DNA of 54,268 nucleotides, filler included, from Dirinaria sp. TL-2023a (Eukaryota): assembly GCA_051941275.1 (NCBI GenBank). It is 4 parts of 4 records of this genome, joined end to end, with 100 filler letters (N's around TTAATTAATTAA, not from the genome) between each part and the next. Parts side by side here need not be neighbours in the genome. Positions count along the whole stretch, not along the records: positions 1 to 13,506 come from JAVEBF010000678.1; positions 13,607 to 27,100 come from JAVEBF010000679.1; 2 more parts are not named here. One strand, given 5' to 3'. Below the pieces are notes generated by a model that made no database searches, was not told the DNA's origin, and saw only the letters and a list, made by a program, of their open reading frames with translations. Of this stretch, positions 1 to 13,771 are shown piece after piece. Made by a program: the position numbers and the translations under genes. Positions within the stretch are counted from its first letter, which is position 1. Each line of letters starts with the position of its first letter.

Positions 1-1460
1 AGTCCCCGTTATGCAGGAGCCAAACAAATATTTCGCAATTTTTCAATGGAATTAGTCTAGAATCGTTTGCGGCTCTTGCAAATCTTCAATTGTGGCTCGT
101 GCAAGGTCGGAGCCCCCCTAATCCCCCTTCGACGTCGAGAGCAACTTTCGGGGACTATGGCTTTAGTGGAACCCAGCAGCCTGGCTATGGGGAAAGCTCT
201 AGGTGAAGTCGGGGCAAGGCCCAGGCACGTGTTAGATGGCCTCCGTTCGAGAGACGATTCCCGGATCATGGGCCACGCTACGATATAGTCACTCCGTTTC
301 GAATCATGGCTTCTAAGGTAAGCTGTGTAAGGTATTCGCAAGTACATACAAGACGGGAGTGATTCCTACCATGGCAGAAGCAGTAAGGTGGTAACCGCCA
401 CCACCACCACAATCCCACGTCTTTCCCCCCTGACCAGGGAGCGAACACGTGAATAAAATCCCCCTTCAAGGTAGAGTAAGTGTCATCAAGGGGCGTTGTG
501 GCGTACACGTTCTATTGGAGATGCTTGCCACGGTGACTTCATCATCAGTGCCACTGATGTGCGATGCGGTAGGTGTGTATGCTTGCAATGCCGGGGGAAG
601 GGGGCTTTGACTGTGTACATGCGTACTACTAAGGTAAACGGTAAGGTAAGGTAGGAGCCAAGCTGAGGCCAGACTTTTTTGTATGTATGTAACACTACTA
701 ACACGAGATCAAATTACGATGAGCGGCCCCTGATCCGGTTTGGGCAAAGGGCAAAACTCTACTCCAGTGCAATTCCCAGCCAACAATAATGATGCTCTCC
801 ATGCTCGCTGCTTCGTGAAGCCCGAGATTTCCCAAGCGTCCATGGATTTGTCCTCAGTAGTATCATGATTATTATTATTGCTCCTCGTCGATCTCGTAGA
901 TTGGAGTCTTTTCCATCCGCGGCGTACTTGCTGAACCTAGGCCTTGGCAGGGGATCGGTTGGCGGAGGATGGATAGTAGGTAGGTAGACAAGCAAGGGGC
1001 GAACAAGCCATTATTCGGTAAGAACAGGAGGGTGTCAAGACAAGTTGGATACGTACAGCAAAAACGAGAAATGAATGGATTAGGAACCTGGTGAAGGAAA
1101 GCAGTCGATCAGATAGCATGAGGTTCATTGGTTTCTAGACCTGTCGATTTAGCAATGCATGTCTATTACATCGATTCTGCCATACCTCTCACCCAAGCAT
1201 CAAGCAGAGAACCCTGTCAATTCCCACCTCGATGAATGCTTGTTGCTTGGATGCCAGTGATGTCGAGCTGCGGTCTAAATGCCCGGATTTGCGCAGAGAC
1301 AAATGAAATCTATTGACCCCTTACCACAGTCAAGGACGCCCGTCAGGCCTCACCGAGCCCTGCTTCTTGGCCGAAAGGGAAAGCATGCGATCCAGACGTC
1401 GAGGACGACCAACAGCTTCAAGCACAATCGCTTTCCGCGAATGACCTTGCGCCAGAACTT

Positions 1461-3957
<2,497 letters not shown>

Positions 3958-4833
3958 CTTGCCGCTACTCCTTGCGGATACCTGTTCCGCCGAGATGGAG
4001 ATTAGGTCGCAGTAAATGGAAGAGGAACGAAAGCTGGAGCTTGGGTGTAGAGTGGGGCTTGATGATACCAAAGTGAGTTAGGTAATGAAGGCGATTTGTA
4101 GTTTTGGAAAAGTTTTTTTTCTCTCTTTAGGGTTTAGGTTGTCTTTACTCTAGCGTGGCTGACTCATCCAATGGATCACAATCAAACAGCAGATAAGATA
4201 GGAGGGAGGGAGGGTAACTCGAAGAGTATTATCAAGCCATTCACCACCATCATCGATGGATATTGTTGCCTTCCCGAGGGCATGATGATTTCTGTTTACT
4301 GCAAAGGTGAAACATCACTTGTGAGTAAGTAGCATCAATAATATGCCACGAGTCAAGATCGTGGCCTTCATTTGGGAAACGCATTTCAGTGTTCCAAACG
4401 AAACCCGTCTTTTTGGTATGCCTATCTGAAAAGAGGCCAATAAGATACCTTCCAATGTCCAACCATATATCAGCATGTTCAAGGCCAACCCAGGCCTCGA
4501 CGCCAACGCCTCCATGTTATGAAATGGCAAGGCAACGTCGCCCAGCCTCCATCCGAAGTCAATCCCTAAGTCAATCCCTTCGCCGCCCATGCAATGAGCA
4601 GCCGCATTGCCCGATCCCCCTCAGAACCGGAAACTAGATGTTCTAATGTAGTATGAAAGCTGCGCTAGTATGATGCATTGCTAAAATGGAATATCAATGT
4701 ATGCGTGTGCCAACGAGGTATCGAGGGAGGTCCCGAGGATCGATGGTCATTTGGTCGTAGAAGTGGAAGTGCGCAAACGCTCGAATGACCTGAAATAATA
4801 AGCCGCAAATGCTAATGCTACACTTCCAAATAG

Positions 4834-6624
4834 TCATAAGATGGTACAGGAAGTGTTATGCGCCCTGTACATGGACCGGTCAGTGTCTGTTATTGCATAG
4901 CATTGTTGGCTTGCGCATCAAGGTTGCCGTGAGGACTAGCAGGTTCCTCATCGGACCCTTCTTCAGAATCCGCGGACTCTTGGTCATTCCTTTTGGCCAA
5001 CAATGGTCAGACATTGAATAGATCCAGCAGGTCACCGTAAGAAATGAAGACGCAGAAAGGGGTGAACCTACCATTGTTGTGCTTCAATGCGTCGTACCCA
5101 ACGCGCAGTAATCTTCACCCTCTCCCTGACGCTGGTTGTAGGCAGGAGCTTGTACTTCTCTTCATCCGCTATAGGCAGGATACTTGCGAACCAGTAGGGA
5201 AACACGGCAGGATCGTTCGGAGGTGGGCCATATGAGGCGATGACACGTTCGTGCAGCCATGGGGCTGAAGCGGCACGCATCCTGGCAACAAAGTCGGTGC
5301 CGATCTTCAGGAGGTCACTTGTGGATGCCCGGTTTAGTTGAGCGGCCACATCATTCCCCGGCGTAACAGGCATCGAGGTCTCCGCATTTTCCAAATGTTC
5401 TTCTTCAGCTAAGGAGACGTCGTCGTAGCGTTCGATATTGCCAACGATGTATCCGTCCAGCATACCCCAATCCGTCACGCGGAATCGCCACAAGCCGCGA
5501 GTTTCGATAAGACTTCGACCATCCGGCAGCATCTGAACACTGACAATGTGCAGCAATGTGCCGAACCGCATGAACTGCGTAGGTCCAAGATCACCTTGTG
5601 GAAGACCTCGGCGGTTATACATCATCATCCCAAACTTGTTGTCACCATTTTCCACTGCGCGTCTAATCATGAGTCGATATCGCGGTTCAAAGATGTGGAG
5701 GAATGTCGGCATTCCTGGGTACGAGAGCGTGCAGGGAAACAACGGTACACTGCGCTGGCCTTGCACAGATAACTCTTCTTGCACAGCTGCTTCCGCTCGC
5801 AATGCCACCTGGTCGTAGTACAGCTGCAACAGCAGATTCCAGAGTCTCGTGTTGCCAACTTCATGCTGAACCCCGGGCCGCATGAGCAGAATACGGCGGC
5901 AAACCGGACAAAGCCTCGAGTGGTCGAGAACACGAGCAACACATTTCCGGCAGAATGAGTGGCCACAAGTCGTCGTCAATGGATCCAGCATCATCCCATA
6001 ACAAACTTGACAGTCGAGCTCGTTCTTCGCCGACTCCTTGAGTTGATCTAGCATTGCTTTGTCCAACTGTTGATATTCGTCCCCAGAGAGAGACATGGAC
6101 TTATAAGCCACTTCCGAGTTGTATCCCAGTTCACCAAGCTCGACCATGGTATATGTAGAAAGCAATCGACCGCCGTTCAGTATTCTTGAGCGCCGAACAT
6201 CTGCATTGACTCCATCGTCTGTATTATCCCTCGGCAGGAGAATTTCCTCTAGTGAAATCGGCGTGTCCACGTTTAGACGTCGACTCCGAACCACCTCAAC
6301 ACTGATGCGATCCATGACCTTATTCAGCGTGACATCTTGATTGCAATCGGCCAAAGAATGTTCTATGCCACAGGCTTGAAAGGGACACGTAAAGCGGTCT
6401 TGCCGGTTCTCGCTCATGGGATACGGTATGTTCTCTGTCGCATGGATCTCTGGCAGACATGGCCGGCACAGGGAGTTCCCACACGGGAGTGTGACTGGAA
6501 GACGTAGGGGAAGGGAGCATTGCGAGCATTGGACCAAGCGGACGATAGCTCGTGCATCGTGATGGGCGTCAACGGGGGTGGGTGACGGAACATGGTACAG
6601 GCGTTGCAGAGCGCTATCGCCCAT
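4834..6624 (-). CDS. RING-finger / LON substrate-binding domain E3 ubiquitin ligase (LONRF / CrgA-CarS-like); exon 6624-5072 plus a terminal exon (4864-4834, or alternatively 4989-4890)
   Basis: Two RING-type Cys clusters (CSQC...LPCGNSLCRPC; CQVC...CGHSFCRKC...CPVC) followed by LON-N motifs (PLFPCTLSYPGMPTFLHIFEPRYRLMIRRA, LPDGRSLIETRG); GTAGGT donor at 5071. Confidence 0.9.
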
Positions 6625-9600
6625 CAAAGCGACAGCGCCTGATGTCGGGAAGTCGTAAAGCCCGCCTTGGGTGCGTTGAAAGAGGGGGAGGGAAAGCTTT
6701 CTCGAATATCTAAACTGGAAGGCTCATCTATTTCTCCGTTCGCGTTCCTCCATGTGTGGCCGAGCGAGAAGTTTGACAGGGCAGGATGACGATTCGGTCA
6801 GATGCAGCCGCAGTGCTGTGTCGTTGATGTGGATTTCGGCCAGCAACGAAGCAAGATGACGATGACCGACAGGAAAGCGCTTCACTGGTCGGGCCGAGTA
6901 GAAACTGTGTTACGGATGACGATCCGGTTGTCGCTCGAACAATGTTAGCACTTGCGATGAACGAGTTTGGTTGGAAGTTGCAGGTGTTTGGAAGAGGATG
7001 GGGCGATGGGGTCGGGGGGTGGGTTTATGTTGTACGGTACTGGTAGTGGGGGCAGGATGCTATTGGCGAGGAAGATGCAGCGATGATGCAGAGGCTGAGA
7101 AGGGAAGTACAAAGTTGGAGAAGTACCAAAGTCGTGGGCATATCATCCGATCGGTCTCGGTGGGGGGAGAATCAATCTTAAGATGGAGGATTCAGGTATG
7201 GGTATGGCAATTATGTCTATTACGGTACAGTAAGGTAGTAATGTATCGATCAAAAGTCAACGACGACAAGACTCGACTGATGCTCACTCAGCGCCAAGCA
7301 GCGGAACGGTCCATTCTCAGGCAAACTCGCAAAAAAGTCAAGTAAGGTACGATACATACTTAGTACTGATCTTGCCGTCTTTTCGTTTTACCCCCGATGG
7401 CTTCTTTATTTCGAGATCGCAGGTGCAAGCGTCATTATCGCTCCTCGAGCCACGCTTTAGCCCGAAAAGCCGACTTAACCGAGCCCTCTCTAGCCGCAAT
7501 CCGCCTAGATGTGGCGAATCTGTCCTTCGGCCTGCACTCAAACGTCCCTAGTGCGAATTGTTACGTTTGGACCCTTGAGATCGATCGACACCGGGGTAGT
7601 TAAATTCCCCGTTTCGGAGCCCTTTTTTGCTTTAGGGTTGTTGTATCCAAGCTTCGAGGGTTGCATTTGCTACGAATTACAGATACGGTAGGTAGGATCG
7701 GATTGCAACGCCGTCACCTTTTCGACAATACTGCTTTGCTATTCTGATATTCTGATCTACCGACGTCTCTACGGAAAAAGACAGAAGTCTCAGTGTATGC
7801 CTGCTGTACGTTTTGGCTATGTATCTCCTCAGAGAAGCTCTCATTATTTGCCTTTCTAATGGTTATTTGCTTCCTCTTTGCAGGTTTCAGTCAGCTGGTT
7901 CCTTGGTCGGGCGCAGACGCACGTATTCTGCCTGATTGGTAGAAATATCGTGCGCAGTACGGTACGAAAGCATCGATCGCTGCTGAATCAACGCTGTTAG
8001 GTTTCCCATGTTATGCCTTAGGTCTACTACATTGCGCTAGCGTTGAGGGTCTATAATACTGTTTTTTTAGATTCGTCTTTGCCTTCAGGCTCAGATTCAG
8101 TCGCAGATCTCAGTACCCGGATATCACAAAAACTCTTGGTCACAACGTTGGAGGAGGCTCTTTGTGACCTGGTGATGAACAGGAGGCTTCGAACGTTTAA
8201 CCTCAAGCTGGCCGGTGGCATCCAGATCGAACAATGCTTCTATACTTCTTGAGGTATTCGATCTATCGCCAGCGCCATGGCCAAGTGAGCCATATCGCGC
8301 ACAAGCAATGGCTTGTTTATTTGCTGTCGAAGACTTGTATCAGATGTGCATTGCACGCTCGTTGAGTGAAACCAAGGGATGTAAGTCATCCCGCGTGTTC
8401 TGGATTCACTCACAGCTAGACAGAAGTCTATCTTAGCATTTTCGGGGCCGGAGTGGAAGATGTAGGTGCTGATGCCAAATTTATGCAATCTGCGACTTGT
8501 GGTGTAGAGCTTCCTCCAAGTCCAGATTTCACAATTTGACAGCGGGCCAGTCATTAGCCATCGCTTTCTCTTCTGTTACGCGGAGCCTATTACGACTGCC
8601 TTGGTGGGAAGTGCATTATAACCTTCAGAAGCTTCTTGCACGAAGACATCGAATAGGCCTATGCTCAACTGTGCTACAGGTGTACCGCACTCCACACTTG
8701 GTGAGACGAAAGGGGCGCCACGGTAGCAATCCATGGACACTGAAATCGAGACTGCGACAGAAAGAGTCTCCCGTGACAAAGATCACCATGGTTATATGCG
8801 CCAGAGGGAAAACGGAGGCGGCGGGAGTAGTAGTAGTGCATCCACTGCTGGCTTGCAAGTGGGGTGCATTGCCGAATTTCTTGCAGTCAGAGCTGCCCAA
8901 AGTCGTGCTATGCATGTTTCTGATGCGACCATGTGGCCGATCATTGGACTAGGGGCCGCAGTCTGGACAGATGTTCTGAGCTACATTATTATTGTTAACA
9001 GTGGTGGAAGAGACCATTCATAAGGTACATGTAGGTAAATTGGCGGAGGCGGCAGGTTGCAGCGATCCGCCGTGCTGCGGTTCCTTTTTCACATGTTGGA
9101 TTAGCTGCGGAGCGGGCCTGGCCAACACGGGGGGATTTGCTGCAATGCAGATCCATCCTGCATCTGACAAGAGAAACAAGTTCACAAAGGTGGAGACGAG
9201 AAATACGTACAGACACAGTGGCCCAGTTGGCAAACAGTGTCTCAGTGTGATGGAGGCAAGGCAAGATGGCAGTGATCAGCAGCCAGAAGAGCGGTCAACA
9301 GTCTTGAGTACAGGTACTTACCTAAGTTAAGTTTAATAGGTAGATCAAAGCGAGCCTTGTACTGTACATAGATACTAAAGTAAGGTAGGGTAGGTAGTTA
9401 GGTACCTTCCATGTTCTTCTGAGTGCGGGGTTCATGGAAAGGACTTCTTGTTATGGTCACTGATCAGCTGTTTTTTGTGGCCTGCCAAACAAAATAAAAT
9501 GGAAAAATGGCGGCTCTGCGAGTCTCCGCAACGGTTTGGCGATAACGCTAGGTTACTGACCAATCGGATGATGAGTTTAGCCAGATTTGGCCCCTTTCGG

Positions 9601-9983
9601 GCTAAGTCGGAATTTCGGAATTCTGGACTGTCTGGACTCTGCACAGTGCCTTAGGTAAAGTAGTTCTTCGGCCATCGGCAATAACGGAGACCCCTCCACA
9701 GTCCACACACATGTTTGACACACAGAGCTCTGGTTATTATTTCCCTCCCGCAATAATCTTCTTTCCCAATCTTCCTTCCAGTTGCATTGCCCACCTCCAA
9801 CATTCCCATCGGTGGACAACATTGCCCCTATCAATCTCATCGACATACTTGTCCTGACATCTTATTCTATCACTTCTGCCACTCGTCTGCTGCGGGAAAA
9901 ATCATCAAACACAACTGCTCTGCTTGCTGTCCAAGAAGCGAGCCAGTTGTGTATAGTGAGAATATCTGGTAGTACCTGTGAGG

Positions 9984-11933
9984 ATGGTATTGACACATGC
10001 ATCAAGAACACACTCCAACCCAGACAGCTTCCCCACCCTTCAGCTTTTCTTCTTAGGTACGTTTCCCACCCCGACCGGCACTTCCTCTACCTCCCACACA
10101 AGGCTAACACAGCGACAGCAATATGCCGAGTGGCAGAGCCCATTGCCCTCGCATCATGCTTCCCATATGCCTGGGGTAAGCGATATTTTCGCCTGTCCTC
10201 AATCACTCTCTCGGCCATTGCAAAGACCTATGAGATGCGTTGGCGAGCGGTCTTCCTGGACCTCGTACCATAATATGGTGGTAAAGCTGGGAACAACCAT
10301 GCTGACCTTGGTGATCCTACAGTCATGGTGAGAGACTTTCACGTCGGCCATAAGGACAGCGCCTCTCTCTACGCTGGCATCTTCATCTCCGCCTTCGCTC
10401 TCGCCGAAAGTCTGACAGGCTTTTTCTGGGGTGGCCTTTCGGATCGGATCGGCCGCAAGCCAGTCTTGCTCATCGGTTGTACTGGAACGATGGTCTCATT
10501 GCTCATAGTCGGCCTCTCGACCAATTTCTGGATTGCACTGGCTGGCCGCGCTTTCGGTGGCTTGCTCAGTAAGTGCTACGAGATAGATCTAAATTGCATC
10601 CAAACTTGTCCTAATGGGAACCAGATGGCAACATTGGGGTCATCCAGACGATGGTGGGCGAATTGGTTACGAAGCCAGAACATGAGCGTAAGCAAGCCCG
10701 CCCTTACATCTGTGCTTGGGGACCAGTCTGACAGGAATAGCTCGAGCATACGCCGTTATGCCGTTTGTGTGGTCGATCGGTACCATAATTGGTCCAGCGA
10801 TTGGAGGAACGTTTGCAGACCCAGCAAGGTCCCTCCCATCTTTCTTCTCTCCCAATGGCATTTTTGCAACTTTCCCATTCCTCCTTCCTAATTTGATTTG
10901 CGCGGCGTTGCTCTTGGTCAGCATCTTCTTTGGTTATTTTTTCCTGATTGAGACGCACCCGGATATGCAACCGAAGGGCATGCAGCCCGAACAGTCTCAT
11001 TCCCATGCTGAAACCCCGCTTTTAGCGTCAGCAGGAGCCACTGCGAATGGCGGCGGTGTGGACCTACGAGCTGATAGTTATGGCACCTTCAATGAAGTTG
11101 AAATTACTGAAGAAAAGGAGTGGCTGGTTCGCCTGGATGGGTCGTCTAGGCCACCTTCCATCCACGACGACCACCCCACAATCTGGACTCGACGTGTCAT
11201 TATGATCATAATCGCTCTGGGCATTTTCACCTACCATTCAATGACTTATGACCATCTACTCCCTATCTTTTTGCAAGACGAGCGACCCCAGGACCGAATT
11301 TGGACTGCCGCTCACCCCGCGTTCAGTATTCCTGGTGGCCTTGGGTTGAGTACGCCTGCTGTCGGCGTCATCATGTCAATAAATGGCATAATCGCTCTTA
11401 TTATCCAGGGGGTCGTTTTCCCGCTTTTCGCCGGCTGGCTGGGGATATGGAAAGTGTTCATCATGGTCACACTCCTTCATCCAATCGCTTACATCATTGT
11501 CCCATACCTGGCCTTCCTGCCGGAGAATCTCCTCTACCCGGGCATCTACTCCTGTTTGACTGTCCGGAATTTTACCTCGATCCTAGCATATCCAGTTCTT
11601 CTTATCCTATTAAAGGAGGCTACACCGAATTCATCAGTCCTTGGCAAAATCAATGGTCTAGCTGCATCGGCCGGCGCTGCTTGCCGCACTGTTGCCCCTC
11701 CATTGGCGGGATACCTTTACAGTGTCGGCACCAATATTGGATTCACCGGACTTGCGTGGTGGGGAAGTGCGCTTGTTGCCCTTGCCGGCGCCGTGCAGCT
11801 TGTTTTCATCCACCGACAGCACAACAAGAACGCTACTGTTCGCTCCTACGTAGCACCAATTGGCCAGGAGCGACCTCGAGACGATGTTGTCCATATCCAC
11901 GTCATCAACCCCGAAGGGACAGAAGAGGTTTAG
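9984..11933 (+). CDS. MFS transporter (DHA1-like), exons 9984-10056, 10119-10175, 10323-10568, 10625-10687, 10741-11933
   Basis: Motif A-like WGGLSDRIGRKP, spliced NGNIGVIQTMVGEL, motif C-like GTIIGPAIGG, many hydrophobic helices; four GT-AG introns restore one frame. Confidence 0.9.
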
Positions 11934-12401
11934 GCCTTGTTCCCTAAGGTCAAATCACTTTTGCTTTTGCTGCCATTTCGCAGGTCTTTGCGTGCTCCTG
12001 CTAGTTGAGCGAGGCGTTTGAGGTCGCACTCCCGGAGTCGAGGGCAGGGAGATGGGCAACGGGAAATAGCATTTAGATCGGCGTGCTGGTTCCGTGGTCA
12101 TGAAATGAGGTGCATAGAGCACATAGTCAATCTTCCACATAGACACATACTCAGGAAATATTCATATCAACTTCTGAACACTATGCGTAAACGACATTGT
12201 TGCCTTTTGAATGGAACTCAAAAGGTATCCTTATTCTGCCACACGTGATTGGATCAAATATGCCGAGGCACATCCAATATCAGTCGCGTCAATTTCGACA
12301 GTTTGTCCAGATAACAAGTGGTGAAGAAAATAACTTACCATGTTTTACTCTACAGGTCCTTCGCGAAGCCCACCGCAGCCATTCAGTAGCTCTTGATAGC
12401 C

Positions 12402-13506
12402 ATGGCATCAGCGGATCCAGATCCCGATCGACCACAAGGCCCCTCGAGAATCAATTCCATCATCCTTCGCAATACACTACGCTACACTCTAAGTGCAAAG
12501 GAATACAAGAACCTGCATGAATACCTCGTTACACGTTCTCCGAAAATAATCCAGCGAAAAGCATTACCACCTCAAAGATACAGCACCATTGTGCAGACCG
12601 ATGGCGATTTCAATGCCGCAGCGGTCAGGGCCTCTCTGCGGGTTTTCGTTTCCTTGCAGACCGGCCTCAACCTCTGGGATATGGTCAATGAATACATCCT
12701 GGCAAGAGGGAAACCGAAGAAGTAAACTTCTCGTGGTTGAGATTGACGAGTGGCGTTAATCCGCAACAGACCGAAGCCCAAGACCTCGATATTCAAATCC
12801 TCCAATTTCCGCCTCTCGCTCTCGCTGTCTTTGATACTCCTTCTACACCGCCTCCTCTACCGATTCTTTTGGCGCCTCCGAAAAAACCTCTTAAGCAAAG
12901 ATGCTACACCCTTTCGACGCCGTAACCCCCGGGTCTCCAAGTCCCTCACCTCTCGACTTGCGCCAGCCATTGGTGCTAGTCTGGCGGGCTTTGCTCTCAG
13001 CATCCATCCTAGCGATCAATTGCGCATCACCATCGCTATATACGTGGCGACCAGAGCGATTGAGTTCACATACAATGCATTCGAACATGATGGCTGGTTC
13101 CGGAAGAAGCCCTGGTGGGTCGGAAGTTGGATGTTGATGCCGTTCGCTACAGGCCAATTGCTGCATGCTTTTGTATTTGACCGAGATTGCTTTCCTAAGG
13201 TGAGGTGCTCGATTGATGTGAAACATAGGCGAACCGCTGCTGAGAAGTCTAGGCTTATGGCGACTTTATCCTCTCGCATACCCCCAATTACGTGCAACAT
13301 CGTCCACCAGCTTATCCGTCTCATCTCCCCTGGCCATCTCAAGACGCCTTGGTGGATTCTCTCGCAGAGATTTCCCGCCTCAATTGGCCGTACATCCATC
13401 CTCTTTATGCTCATTTTCGACGAAAAAGCTGATCAATCAATCGTAGACCTTTCACGTCGCCGATTCTGCATCCTAAATCCACGCTACCTACTTCCCTCTC
13501 CCAAGT
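12402..13506 (+). CDS. TMEM135-like (putative peroxisomal) membrane protein, 3' end lost in the assembly gap
   Basis: Spliced ORF (GT-AG introns near 12722, 13200, 13390) with LRNTLRYTLSAKEY, RLAPAIGASLAGFAL, QLLHAFVFDRDCFP, recalled as typical of fungal TMEM135-domain proteins; runs into Ns. Confidence 0.7.
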
Positions 13507-13606
13507 NNNNNNNNNNNNNNNNNNNNNNNNNNNNNNNNNNNNNNNNNNNNTTAATTAATTAANNNNNNNNNNNNNNNNNNNNNNNNNNNNNNNNNNNNNN
13601 NNNNNN
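13507..13606. other. Artificial contig linker (N run - TTAATTAATTAA - N run)
   Basis: 100-nt spacer with stop codons in all six frames, identical at three places. Confidence 0.97.
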
Positions 13607-13771
13607 GTGTGGAGAGAGGACGGAGGTTCTTTTTTTTTGTCATTATGTACATTAAATTTACTATGGGTATATTTATTTTTACAGAGAAAAGCGGTATATG
13701 CAAAATTAGATATAAGAAGGGAATGTATTAACACAATGCAAAGTATCGGTTTTGGAGCTGTCCACATTCGA

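Noticed and set aside
1..156. AGTCCCCG at 1-8 and its complement near 148-156, reminiscent of the RNase MRP P4 helix
   Set aside because: Only 8 bp, lacks the GAAAG context and bulged U, and sits at the window edge.
625..660. TAAGG/TAGG-type short repeats (also near 975-990 and 9310-9405)
   Set aside because: Common low-complexity fungal intergenic motif; not telomeric TTAGGG arrays and not CRISPR-like.
8240..9330. Several 70-150 aa ORFs on both strands
   Set aside because: No recognisable domains, overlapping frames, many non-ATG starts; consistent with chance ORFs.
13551..13562. TTAATTAATTAA palindrome repeated three times in the window
   Set aside because: Embedded in N runs; assembly linker, not biology.
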